Of a stretch of 64,000 nt of DNA, positions 18,206-28,749 are shown in pieces. A model generated the notes under the pieces. The model did not search any database, was not told the origin of the DNA, and saw only the letters and a list, made by a program, of their open reading frames with translations. Within the stretch, counting starts at the first letter, position 1. The number at the start of each line of letters is the position of its first letter. The stretch is from the NCBI RefSeq assembly GCF_056712565.1, contig NZ_CM160072.1; one strand, written 5' to 3'. The position numbers were made by a program, and so were the translations under genes.

Positions 18206-19338
18206 CAATCAGGAAACACCACCAGGGAGAAACGATCAATATAACTTTCACCTACAAAGGAGTTAGATGTCGTGAGCCGCTTTCCAATCTGGAAGTAACA
18301 CCAAAGAACATTAAATACGCCGAGCGTACACTCGGCGAAATCCATAATAAGATCGAAAGGGGAACATTCATTTATGCAGAATATTTTCCCCGTTCTGCTC
18401 GTTTGAAAATTTTTGGTAATGCTGCTGCAAGCAAAACGGTAAAGATGTACCTGGACGAATATCTTGAAATCTGCGAAACAAGAAAACTTTCACCCTCTAC
18501 GATTGGTGGCTATAAAAAATGCCGTAGTGCGTTAGCCTCACTTCACATTTGCCCTGCAAGTGAATTAACACCAGCAACCCTGAAAGCGTGGATTCAAAGC
18601 CAGAAAACAACCTTAAAAACCATTCGCAACCAGTTATCTTTCCTACGGTCAGCACTTGATGAAGCCGTGACCGATGGGGTACTTCAAATTAACCCCGTAT
18701 CGTTAGTAACAGCTTCGCGCTACCAAAGTGATAAGTCAGAAGCAGAAAGCAGCTATGTGGTTGATCCGCTATCACCAGCAGAAGTTGATGCATTACTAGC
18801 AGCAGCCGGAAACAAACAATGGGAAAATCTGTTCCGGTTCGCCATACATACAGGCCTGCGTAGTTCTGAATTATGTGCCCTACGATGGCATGATATCGAC
18901 TTTGTTGGAAAAACAGCCCATGTTCAGAGCGCAAGTGTTGTCGGAGTTATCAAAGGAACAAAGACAAAAGCCGGTACCCGTAAAGTTGAACTGACTGAAG
19001 AAGCAATGTTGGCGTTGATAAACCAGAAGCCATTTACATTCATGAAGGATGCTACTGTCTTTGAAGATCCAAAGACCAATAAACCCTGGGCAAGTGCTGA
19101 TGCAATTAGGAAAAAAGCATGGGTGCCAACATTGCGAAAAGCAGGTATTCGTTACAGAAACCCATATCAAACCAGGCATACATTCGCCACCAGCCATATC
19201 AGCCGGGGAGCAAACCTGTTTTGGCTTGCGGCTCAAATGGGCCATAAAGGGCCTGAAATGTTATTCAGGCACTATGGACAATACTTGAAAGAGTATGATG
19301 GGAGGGCAAGTATCAAGGATAAAAAGGCTTTATTTTAA
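18166..19338 (+). CDS. Tyrosine integrase (phage integrase family)
   Basis: 390 aa with catalytic-domain signatures (LRSSELCALRWHDID; HTFATSHISRGANLFWLAAQMGHKGPEMLFRHYGQY), reading toward the att remnant. Confidence 0.9.
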   Translation: MGQTKLLKLPRGVTIRKHHQGETINITFTYKGVRCREPLSNLEVTPKNIKYAERTLGEIHNKIERGTFIYAEYFPRSARLKIFGNAAASKTVKMYLDEYLEICETRKLSPSTIGGYKKCRSALASLHICPASELTPATLKAWIQSQKTTLKTIRNQLSFLRSALDEAVTDGVLQINPVSLVTASRYQSDKSEAESSYVVDPLSPAEVDALLAAAGNKQWENLFRFAIHTGLRSSELCALRWHDIDFVGKTAHVQSASVVGVIKGTKTKAGTRKVELTEEAMLALINQKPFTFMKDATVFEDPKTNKPWASADAIRKKAWVPTLRKAGIRYRNPYQTRHTFATSHISRGANLFWLAAQMGHKGPEMLFRHYGQYLKEYDGRASIKDKKALF

Positions 19339-19947
19339 GTCATTATGCCAATCGTCTACTGTTTGAAACCAAATTTTTAACCTTTGCATAAAGGTACGAT
19401 CCTTTTTGGGAGGGTGGTACCTTTGAAAAGAAGTATGTAACGCTTCGATAACTCCCATACAAGCATCAATTACTTCTTGTGCTTTAACCGGGCGATCGGC
19501 ATCTGAAAGCTTGTGAGCGACCTCACAATCCAGAGTTGCTTTCTCTAGTACAGATGAGAACACCTCGTCAGGTATATACAGTCCTCTGCTTTCCAAAATG
19601 CAAATCAGTTTGGAAACTTGTTGAGCTTTAGCCAAGATAGTTAACAAGTATGAAACAGAAGCCTTTGTTCTATCCTTTTGCAACCTTAACAATCGATGCT
19701 TTGATGCTCTAATTTTAGGTTGAGTTGTCTGACTGAGCCAATAGTTAGAAGAAATATCAGAAATTTCAATAACTAACTTTGAAATAGCATCAATAATTGA
19801 TTTCGATTCAGAACGTGTCGCCAGTTTTACAGAATTATTGTACGCAACTCGCCATCCAATGAAAACTAAGCAGACGCTAACTACTGTGATACACCACGAA
19901 TACTGTCCTATTTGTGCTACTAATGACATTGGTTCCGTACTGATCAA
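19330..19947 (-). CDS. Membrane-anchored protein, third gene of the integrase-proximal cassette
   Basis: 205 aa; single N-terminal TM helix (YSWCITVVSVCLVFIGW) then a ~170-aa soluble domain with no recognisable motif; 3' end overlaps the integrase 3' end; 10-bp gap to the upstream gene. Confidence 0.5.
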   Translation of the reverse strand: MISTEPMSLVAQIGQYSWCITVVSVCLVFIGWRVAYNNSVKLATRSESKSIIDAISKLVIEISDISSNYWLSQTTQPKIRASKHRLLRLQKDRTKASVSYLLTILAKAQQVSKLICILESRGLYIPDEVFSSVLEKATLDCEVAHKLSDADRPVKAQEVIDACMGVIEALHTSFQRYHPPKKDRTFMQRLKIWFQTVDDWHNDLK

Positions 19948-19957
19948 CTATCGCCTC

Positions 19958-20284
19958 TTATACTCTTTCTGGTTGTGCTAAATCAATAAATTTATCAATC
20001 TGTTCTTTGTAGAACGGAACATCACTTTTTATAATCAAACGTGCTTTAACGTTGGCTTTAGGTATCCCTTCCTTACGGATGAGACCTCCAAACGCCTCTT
20101 CTAAGAAAGAGGAACCAACACCCAGTGCTATACCGCGAAAATCAACCACAATCTCCTGTTCAGTACCCTTCAGCGCAGGCACCAAAAACTCTCTACGAAA
20201 TCTTTCCGCACTGTGTGGGCTATCCGTTGTGTAACGTCCGAAAGGTGTTCTGGAGAACTCCTTCGCTATGACGATATTTCTCAT
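19958..20284 (-). CDS. Small STAS-like protein (DUF4325-like), second gene of cassette
   Basis: 108 aa; segment EIVVDFRGIALGVGSSFLEEAFGGL resembles the STAS-like DUF4325 proteins that I recall pairing with GHKL ATPases; 4-bp gap to the upstream ATPase gene. Confidence 0.45.
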   Translation of the reverse strand: MRNIVIAKEFSRTPFGRYTTDSPHSAERFRREFLVPALKGTEQEIVVDFRGIALGVGSSFLEEAFGGLIRKEGIPKANVKARLIIKSDVPFYKEQIDKFIDLAQPERV

Positions 20285-20288
20285 AAAA

Positions 20289-21200
20289 TCATCTCCTGGG
20301 AACCAGCGACCATTGTAGTAAAGTACCCGGTATGTACTCAGCTAGCTTCTCACATCGAGGACTACTGTCATTAGAATTATAGCTATAACGAGCCCTTCCT
20401 ATTAGTATCAGAAGTGTCTCATTATCCTCACAACCTGCCCCAATAGGTCTCTTGATATCTTCAGAGCCATTTCCCCGTCCGGAACCAACAAAGCGGGATT
20501 CCCCTACTAACATAGCTCTTTCCACAGAAGATACTTCGTTTTGAATGCTATGACCATCACCATTAGGCACGAAACTTCTATAAATCCCCAATCCAAGGTC
20601 ACAAACGATAAAAACGACTTTATTTTCATCACGATTGAACCAAGCGCACTGCCACCATCGTTTACCTTTGAGAAGCTGAATATCTGACTCGAACCCCTCA
20701 TCTTCATACGCATGATGAGAAACATTGAGCAAAGCTTCACTAATCGCTGTCAGCAGTAAGCCTAACTGTTCATTATTAAGCAGAGCACTTTTCTGCAGCA
20801 TGAGTACTGTTTCAACAATATGCTCGTAAGGTTCGACAGCTGACTGAAAGTATCGTTCCTCCCTCGTAAGTGCATTCAGTTTCTCTTCTGTGCCAGCAAG
20901 CAAAGCACGAGCAAGTCCAGTACCAACGATCCATCTATGCCCAGATGGGTTATCATCCTTTTTAGGCCATTTAAAACGTATAAAATTAGGGTCCCGGGTT
21001 AAAAATTGAGCTCTATTTACTATGGCAAAGAACAGTACCGATGCCGCAGCTGAGGCAAATTTTACCTTGGACAAATCAACTATAACTCGACCTTTATTTT
21101 TTACTCCAATCGATTCAATCGAGTTGATGAAGTTCAATGTCCCAGCCCTAGAATCATCTGAGTAAATGCAAAATTTGCTTGGGGGTACCAGTATGGTCAT
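20289..21200 (-). CDS. GHKL (Bergerat-fold, histidine-kinase-like) ATPase, first gene of cassette
   Basis: 303 aa; N-box-like EALLNVSHHAY, G1 box VCDLGLGI (DxGxG), G2-like GSGRGNG; ~130-aa N-terminal extension of unknown fold; AT-rich promoter-like region upstream (21201..21340). Confidence 0.6.
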   Translation of the reverse strand: MTILVPPSKFCIYSDDSRAGTLNFINSIESIGVKNKGRVIVDLSKVKFASAAASVLFFAIVNRAQFLTRDPNFIRFKWPKKDDNPSGHRWIVGTGLARALLAGTEEKLNALTREERYFQSAVEPYEHIVETVLMLQKSALLNNEQLGLLLTAISEALLNVSHHAYEDEGFESDIQLLKGKRWWQCAWFNRDENKVVFIVCDLGLGIYRSFVPNGDGHSIQNEVSSVERAMLVGESRFVGSGRGNGSEDIKRPIGAGCEDNETLLILIGRARYSYNSNDSSPRCEKLAEYIPGTLLQWSLVPRR

Positions 21201-21351
21201 AGCGATGTCATTCTTATACGATGGATTTATAGATTATCTACTATTCATAGTTGGTTATGAAGACTGGGATATAACAGTAAAAGATACGTGTAAGATCCGC
21301 AAGATAGTTAATGTCGAAAAAATCATTAATTACATCAAGTTAGTGATATTT

Positions 21352-21376
21352 GGACTCGGGTTCAACTCCCGCCAGC
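21352..21376 (+). other. Partial copy of the ssrA (tmRNA) 3' end: prophage att remnant
   Basis: GGACTCGGGTTCAACTCCCGCCAGC matches the E. coli tmRNA 3' end (GGACGCGGGTTCAACTCCCGCCAGC, recalled from memory) with one mismatch; upstream sequence does not match the tmRNA body, so this is a fragment. Confidence 0.6.
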
Positions 21377-21506
21377 CAATCATGATTGGACGGTGTAAGG
21401 ACTACACCAACAAAAACAGGAAGTTATAAGTCTCAGCAGGACACCGACCAGACGGTGAGGAGACAAAAAAGGATACGCAACGGAGTCGCGACTCCCTATG
21501 ACATTA

Positions 21507-21531
21507 AAGCCCGCTGATGCGGGCTTTTTTA
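21507..21531 (+). terminator. Rho-independent terminator
   Basis: Stem GCCCGC-TGAT-GCGGGC followed by TTTTTT, about 130 nt beyond the ssrA-like fragment. Confidence 0.55.
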
Positions 21532-21899
21532 TTGGTCCTGACCCGCCCTGAATAGAATTCATCCAATTACAGTCCAGACATATACAGTATCCCTCAGCTC
21601 AGTATCAGCTTCTCGACAAATGGTCACTGTTATTTACCCGTTGCCAGAAAGAGAATAATTTGCCCCCATAGCCAGCCTTCCCGGAATCTGTATATTCATT
21701 AATATTGTTATCGATTCCATCAAGTAACATAGGTTGGATGCGATTGATCTTACTCACATTAGTCGACACGGAACTCAGTAAGTTGAACTCTGAAAAAGCA
21801 GTTTAAATAGCATTTAAACAAATGCCACCAGTTCGAAAAAGAGTATAAGCACACTTAATATATTGTTTTAATTATTCATTTCCTTTCAACCCAATTCTT

Positions 21900-23038
<1,139 letters not shown>

Positions 23039-23057
23039 GCGCAAAGGAATTGAGCGG

Positions 23058-24326
23058 ATGTATGATTTTTTGATTATTGGCGGCGGCATCATCGGCATGT
23101 CGACCGCCATGCAACTAATTGATGTTTATCCGGATGCCCGCATAGCGTTGCTGGAAAAAGAGCCCGGCCCGGCCTGTCACCAGACGGGCCGCAACAGTGG
23201 CGTAATCCATGCCGGGGTCTATTACACGCCCGGCAGCCTGAAGGCGCAGTTTTGCCTGGCAGGAAACCGCGCCACCAAAGCCTTTTGCGATCAAAACGGT
23301 ATTCGCTACGACAACTGCGGCAAGATGCTGGTCGCCACGTCTGAACTCGAAATGGAACGGATGCGCGCCTTATGGGAACGCACGGCGGCGAACGGAATCG
23401 ATCGCGAGTGGTTAAACGCCGAAGAGCTGCGCGAGCGCGAACCAAATATCACCGGGCTGGGCGGTATTTTTGTGCCGTCCAGCGGCATTGTCAGCTACCG
23501 CGAAGTGACGGCGGCAATGGCAAAAATTTTTCAGGCCAGAGGCGGTGAGATTATCTATAACGCCGAAGTCAGCGCCCTCAGTGAGCATAAAAACGGCGTG
23601 GTGATATGTACCCGTCAGGGCGGTGAATATGAAGCATCGACGCTGATTAGCTGTTCCGGGCTGATGGCTGACCGGCTGGTGAAAATGCTCGGCCTCGAAC
23701 CGGGCTTTATTATCTGCCCGTTCCGCGGCGAGTATTTCCGCCTTGCGCCGGAGCATAACCAGATTGTTAACCACCTGATTTACCCCATTCCCGACCCGGC
23801 AATGCCGTTTTTGGGCGTGCATCTCACCCGCATGATCGACGGCAGTGTGACCGTCGGGCCAAACGCGGTGCTGGCTTTCAAACGCGAAGGCTATCGTAAG
23901 CGCGACTTCTCATTTAGCGACACGCTGGAAATTTTGGGCTCGTCGGGGATTCGCCGGGTGCTGCAAAACCATCTACGCTCAGGACTGGGCGAGATGAAAA
24001 ACTCGCTGTGCAAAAGCGGCTATCTGCGGCTGGTGCAAAAGTATTGTCCCCGGCTTTCGTTAAGCGATCTCCAGCCCTGGCCCGCCGGTGTGCGGGCGCA
24101 GGCGGTATCGCCGGACGGCAAGCTGATTGACGATTTTCTGTTTGTCACCACCCCGCGCACGATCCACACCTGTAATGCGCCCTCCCCGGCAGCGACATCA
24201 GCAATTCCTATTGGTGCGCATATTGTCAGCAAGGTACAAACGCTGTTGGCAAGCCAGAGTAACCCCGGACGCACGCTGCGAGCGGCACGTAGTGTGGATG
24301 CCTTACACGCCGCATTTAATCAATAA
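23058..24326 (+). CDS. lhgO: L-2-hydroxyglutarate oxidase/dehydrogenase
   Basis: 422 aa from MYDFLIIGGGIIGMSTAMQ (FAD-binding GxGxxG); the ORF-track extension upstream is unlikely. Confidence 0.9.
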   Translation: MYDFLIIGGGIIGMSTAMQLIDVYPDARIALLEKEPGPACHQTGRNSGVIHAGVYYTPGSLKAQFCLAGNRATKAFCDQNGIRYDNCGKMLVATSELEMERMRALWERTAANGIDREWLNAEELREREPNITGLGGIFVPSSGIVSYREVTAAMAKIFQARGGEIIYNAEVSALSEHKNGVVICTRQGGEYEASTLISCSGLMADRLVKMLGLEPGFIICPFRGEYFRLAPEHNQIVNHLIYPIPDPAMPFLGVHLTRMIDGSVTVGPNAVLAFKREGYRKRDFSFSDTLEILGSSGIRRVLQNHLRSGLGEMKNSLCKSGYLRLVQKYCPRLSLSDLQPWPAGVRAQAVSPDGKLIDDFLFVTTPRTIHTCNAPSPAATSAIPIGAHIVSKVQTLLASQSNPGRTLRAARSVDALHAAFNQ

Positions 24327-24348
24327 CCTTTGAAAACAGGATGTAGCG

Positions 24349-25797
24349 ATGAAACTTAACGACAGTAACTTATTCCGCCAGCAGGCGTTGATTAACGGGG
24401 AATGGCTGGACGCCAACAATGGCGAGGTCATCGACGTCACCAATCCGGCGAACGGCGACAAGCTGGGTAGCGTGCCGAAAATGGGCGCTGATGAAACCCG
24501 CGCCGCTATCGACGCCGCCAACCGCGCCCTGCCCGTCTGGCGTGCGCTCACTGCCAAAGAACGCGCCAACATTCTGCGCAACTGGTTCAATTTAATGATG
24601 GAGCATCAGGACGATTTAGCGCGCCTGATGACCCTCGAACAGGGCAAACCACTGGCTGAAGCGAAAGGCGAAATCAGCTACGCCGCCTCATTTATTGAGT
24701 GGTTTGCAGAAGAAGGCAAACGTATTTATGGCGACACCATTCCCGGTCATCAGGCCGATAAACGCCTGATTGTTATCAAGCAGCCGATTGGCGTCACCGC
24801 GGCTATCACGCCGTGGAACTTCCCGGCGGCGATGATTACCCGTAAAGCCGGTCCGGCGCTGGCGGCAGGCTGCACGATGGTGCTGAAGCCCGCCAGTCAG
24901 ACGCCGTTCTCTGCGCTGGCGCTGGCAGAACTGGCGATTCGCGCGGGCGTTCCGGCTGGCGTGTTTAACGTAGTCACCGGTTCGGCGGGCGCGGTCGGTA
25001 ACGAACTGACCAGCAACCCGCTGGTGCGCAAGCTGTCGTTTACCGGCTCGACCGAAATTGGCCGTCAGTTAATGGAACAGTGCGCGAAAGACATCAAAAA
25101 AGTGTCGCTGGAGCTGGGCGGCAACGCACCGTTTATTGTCTTTGACGATGCCGATCTCGATAAAGCCGTGGAAGGCGCGCTGGCCTCGAAATTCCGTAAC
25201 GCCGGGCAAACCTGCGTCTGCGCCAACCGCCTGTATGTGCAGAACGGCGTGTATGACCGCTTTGCCGAAAAATTGCAGCAGGCGGTGAGCAAACTGCACA
25301 TCGGCAACGGGCTGGAGAAAGGCGTCACCATCGGGCCGCTGATCGATGAAAAAGCGGTAGCAAAAGTGGAAGAGCATATTGCCGATGCGCTGGAGAAAGG
25401 CGCGCGCGTGGTTTGCGGCGGTAAAGCACATGAACGCGGCGGTAACTTCTTCCAGCCGACCATTCTGGTGGACGTTCCGGCTAACGCCAAAGTGTCGAAA
25501 GAAGAGACGTTTGGCCCCCTCGCCCCGCTGTTCCGTTTTAAAGATGAAGCCGATGTGATTGCGCAAGCCAATGACACCGAATTTGGCCTTGCAGCCTATT
25601 TCTACGCCCGTGATTTAAGCCGCGTCTTCCGCGTGGGCGAAGCACTGGAGTACGGCATCATCGGCATCAACACCGGCATTATTTCCAATGAAGTGGCCCC
25701 GTTTGGCGGCATTAAAGCCTCGGGTCTGGGTCGTGAAGGTTCGAAGTATGGCATCGAAGATTACTTAGAAATCAAATATATGTGCATCGGTCTTTAA
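24349..25797 (+). CDS. gabD: Succinate-semialdehyde dehydrogenase
   Basis: 482 aa aldehyde dehydrogenase at the expected position. Confidence 0.95.
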   Translation: MKLNDSNLFRQQALINGEWLDANNGEVIDVTNPANGDKLGSVPKMGADETRAAIDAANRALPVWRALTAKERANILRNWFNLMMEHQDDLARLMTLEQGKPLAEAKGEISYAASFIEWFAEEGKRIYGDTIPGHQADKRLIVIKQPIGVTAAITPWNFPAAMITRKAGPALAAGCTMVLKPASQTPFSALALAELAIRAGVPAGVFNVVTGSAGAVGNELTSNPLVRKLSFTGSTEIGRQLMEQCAKDIKKVSLELGGNAPFIVFDDADLDKAVEGALASKFRNAGQTCVCANRLYVQNGVYDRFAEKLQQAVSKLHIGNGLEKGVTIGPLIDEKAVAKVEEHIADALEKGARVVCGGKAHERGGNFFQPTILVDVPANAKVSKEETFGPLAPLFRFKDEADVIAQANDTEFGLAAYFYARDLSRVFRVGEALEYGIIGINTGIISNEVAPFGGIKASGLGREGSKYGIEDYLEIKYMCIGL

Positions 25798-25810
25798 CTG
25801 GAGAATGCGA

Positions 25811-27091
25811 ATGAGCAGCAATAAAGAGTTAATGCAGCGCCGCAGTCAGGCGATTCCCCGTGGCGTTGGGCAAATTCACCCGATTTTCGCTGACCGCGCG
25901 GAAAACTGCCGGGTGTGGGACGTTGAAGGCCGTGAGTATCTTGATTTCGCGGGCGGGATTGCGGTGCTCAATACCGGGCACCTGCATCCGAAAGTGGTTG
26001 CGGCGGTGGAAGCGCAGTTGAAAAAACTGTCGCACACCTGCTTCCAGGTGCTGGCTTACGAGCCGTATCTTGAACTGTGCGAGATTATGAATCAGAAGGT
26101 GCCGGGCGATTTTGCCAAGAAAACTCTGCTGGTTACGACCGGTTCCGAAGCGGTGGAAAATGCGGTGAAAATCGCCCGCGCCGCCACTAAACGTAGCGGT
26201 ACTATCGCCTTTAGCGGTGCGTATCACGGGCGCACGCATTACACACTGGCGCTGACCGGCAAGGTGAATCCATACTCTGCGGGCATGGGGCTGATGCCGG
26301 GTCATGTTTATCGCGCGCTTTATCCTTGCCCGCTGCACGGCATAAGCGAGGATGACGCTATCGCCAGCATCCACCGGATCTTCAAAAATGACGCCGCGCC
26401 GGAAGATATCGCCGCCATCGTGATTGAGCCCGTTCAGGGCGAAGGCGGTTTCTACGCCGCGACGCCAGCCTTTATGCAGCGTTTACGCGCGCTGTGTGAC
26501 GAGCACGGGATCATGCTGATTGCCGATGAAGTGCAGAGCGGCGCAGGGCGTACCGGCACGCTGTTTGCGATGGAGCAAATGGGCGTGGCACCAGATCTCA
26601 CCACCTTTGCGAAATCGATCGCGGGCGGCTTCCCGCTGGCGGGCGTCACCGGGCGCGCGGAAGTGATGGATGCCGTCGCTCCAGGCGGTCTGGGCGGCAC
26701 CTATGCCGGTAACCCGATTGCCTGCGTAGCGGCGCTGGAAGTGTTAAAAGTGTTTGAGCAGGAAAATCTGCTGCAAAAAGCCAACGATCTGGGGCAGAAA
26801 CTGAAAGACGGATTGCTGGCGATAGCCGAAAAACATACTGAGATCGGCGACGTACGCGGGCTGGGAGCGATGATTGCCATCGAGCTGTTTGAAGATGGCG
26901 ATCACAGCAAACCGGACGCCAAACTCACCGCCGAGATCGTGGCGCGTGCCCGCGATAAAGGCCTGATTCTTCTCTCCTGCGGCCCGTATAACAACGTGCT
27001 GCGCATCCTTGTACCGCTCACCATTGAAGACGCTCAGATCCGTCAGGGTCTGGAGATCATCAGCCAGTGTTTTGCTGAGGCGAAGCAGTAG
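25811..27091 (+). CDS. gabT: 4-aminobutyrate aminotransferase
   Basis: 426 aa from MSSNKELMQRRSQ; class-III PLP aminotransferase. Confidence 0.95.
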   Translation: MSSNKELMQRRSQAIPRGVGQIHPIFADRAENCRVWDVEGREYLDFAGGIAVLNTGHLHPKVVAAVEAQLKKLSHTCFQVLAYEPYLELCEIMNQKVPGDFAKKTLLVTTGSEAVENAVKIARAATKRSGTIAFSGAYHGRTHYTLALTGKVNPYSAGMGLMPGHVYRALYPCPLHGISEDDAIASIHRIFKNDAAPEDIAAIVIEPVQGEGGFYAATPAFMQRLRALCDEHGIMLIADEVQSGAGRTGTLFAMEQMGVAPDLTTFAKSIAGGFPLAGVTGRAEVMDAVAPGGLGGTYAGNPIACVAALEVLKVFEQENLLQKANDLGQKLKDGLLAIAEKHTEIGDVRGLGAMIAIELFEDGDHSKPDAKLTAEIVARARDKGLILLSCGPYNNVLRILVPLTIEDAQIRQGLEIISQCFAEAKQ

Positions 27092-27099
27092 ATCCGTAC

Positions 27100-27240
27100 C
27101 CATGCCGGAGGCGACGCTGCGCGTCTTGTCCGGCCTACGCGAATCCAGGTCGGATAAAGCGTTTACGCTGCATCCGACAATCTGTATGTGAACAGGAATA
27201 AATCTATGTCGGCCGGATAAGGCGGAGCCGCTCTCCGGTA
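27100..27240. repeat. REP/BIME-type palindromic repeats between gabT and gabP
   Basis: GCCGGAGGCGACGCTGCGCGTCTTGTCCGGCCTAC and related imperfect palindromes typical of E. coli REP elements. Confidence 0.5.
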
Positions 27241-27328
27241 AAAAGAATCAATAACAATTACACGCGTGACCCGACGCGGGAAATGTCGGGGCGCTCTCCC
27301 AAGTGACACACTTTCGAGAGGATTCAGG

Positions 27329-28729
27329 ATGGGGCAATCATCGCAACCACATGAGTTAGGCGGCGGGCTGAAGTCACGCCACGTCACCATGTTGTCTATT
27401 GCCGGTGTTATCGGCGCAAGTCTGTTTGTCGGTTCCAGCGTCGCCATCGCCGAAGCGGGCCCGGCGGTATTACTGGCCTATCTGTTCGCCGGATTACTGG
27501 TGGTTATGATTATGCGGATGTTGGCGGAAATGGCAGTTGCCACGCCCGATACCGGTTCGTTTTCCACCTATGCCGATAAAGCCATTGGCCGCTGGGCGGG
27601 CTATACCATCGGCTGGTTGTACTGGTGGTTTTGGGTACTGGTTATCCCACTTGAAGCCAACATCGCCGCCATGATCCTGCACTCGTGGGTTCCAGGCATT
27701 CCCATCTGGTTATTTTCCCTCGTCATTACCCTCGCCTTAACCGGCAGTAATTTATTAAGCGTTAAAAACTACGGCGAATTTGAGTTCTGGCTGGCGCTGT
27801 GTAAAGTCATCGCTATCCTGGCCTTTATTTTCCTTGGTGCAGTCGCAATTAGCGGTTTTTACCCGTATGCCGACGTGAGCGGTATTTCAAGATTGTGGGA
27901 TAGCGGCGGCTTTATGCCCAACGGCTTCGGTGCGGTATTAAGCGCGATGTTGATCACCATGTTCTCGTTTATGGGCGCAGAAATTGTCACCATTGCCGCC
28001 GCGGAATCCGACACGCCGGAAAAACATATTGTCCGCGCCACCAACTCGGTTATCTGGCGTATCTCTATTTTCTATTTGTGTTCTATTTTTGTCGTTGTGG
28101 CATTAATCCCGTGGAATATGCCAGGGCTGAAAGCCGTTGGTTCTTATCGCTCGGTTCTGGAATTGCTCAATATTCCTCATGCGAAATTAATCATGGACTG
28201 CGTGATATTACTTTCCGTAACCAGTTGCCTGAACTCGGCGCTGTATACCGCTTCCAGGATGCTCTACTCCTTAAGCCGTCGCGGTGATGCTCCCGCGGTA
28301 ATGGGTAAAATCAACCGCAGTAAAACCCCGTACGTAGCGGTGTTACTCTCCACCGGCGCGGCATTCTTAACGGTGGTGGTGAACTATTACGCGCCTGCGA
28401 AGGTGTTTAAATTTCTGATCGACAGCTCCGGCGCTATCGCCCTGCTGGTTTATTTAGTCATCGCCGTTTCACAATTGCGGATGCGCAAAATTCTGCGAGC
28501 AGAAGGAAACGAAATTCGCCTGCGGATGTGGCTTTATCCGTGGCTCACCTGGCTGGTAATCGGTTTTATTACCTTTGTGTTGGTAGTGATGCTATTCCGC
28601 CCGGCGCAACAGTTAGAAGTGCTCTCCACCGGCTTATTAGCGATTGGGATTATCTGTACCGTGCCAATTATGGCTCGCTGGAAAAAGCTGATAATGTGGC
28701 AAAAAACACCCATTCATAATACGCGCTGA
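27329..28729 (+). CDS. gabP: GABA permease
   Basis: 466 aa from MGQSSQPHELGGGLKSRHVTMLSIAG; APC-family transporter. Confidence 0.95.
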   Translation: MGQSSQPHELGGGLKSRHVTMLSIAGVIGASLFVGSSVAIAEAGPAVLLAYLFAGLLVVMIMRMLAEMAVATPDTGSFSTYADKAIGRWAGYTIGWLYWWFWVLVIPLEANIAAMILHSWVPGIPIWLFSLVITLALTGSNLLSVKNYGEFEFWLALCKVIAILAFIFLGAVAISGFYPYADVSGISRLWDSGGFMPNGFGAVLSAMLITMFSFMGAEIVTIAAAESDTPEKHIVRATNSVIWRISIFYLCSIFVVVALIPWNMPGLKAVGSYRSVLELLNIPHAKLIMDCVILLSVTSCLNSALYTASRMLYSLSRRGDAPAVMGKINRSKTPYVAVLLSTGAAFLTVVVNYYAPAKVFKFLIDSSGAIALLVYLVIAVSQLRMRKILRAEGNEIRLRMWLYPWLTWLVIGFITFVLVVMLFRPAQQLEVLSTGLLAIGIICTVPIMARWKKLIMWQKTPIHNTR

Positions 28730-28749
28730 TAATGATCAGGAGTCACACC

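Noticed and set aside
21380-21562. 60-aa minus-strand ORF overlapping the att remnant and terminator
   Set aside because: Spans a terminator hairpin and the att-like sequence; no coding signal.
25065-25577. Two overlapping ~165-170-aa minus-strand ORFs
   Set aside because: Antisense to gabD; no RBS or independent signal; shadow ORFs in GC-rich coding DNA.
27266-27328. N-terminal extension of gabP (MTRRGKCRGALPSDTLSRGFR)
   Set aside because: The conserved GabP N-terminus begins at MGQSSQPHELGGG (27329); the extension runs into the REP-containing intergenic region.
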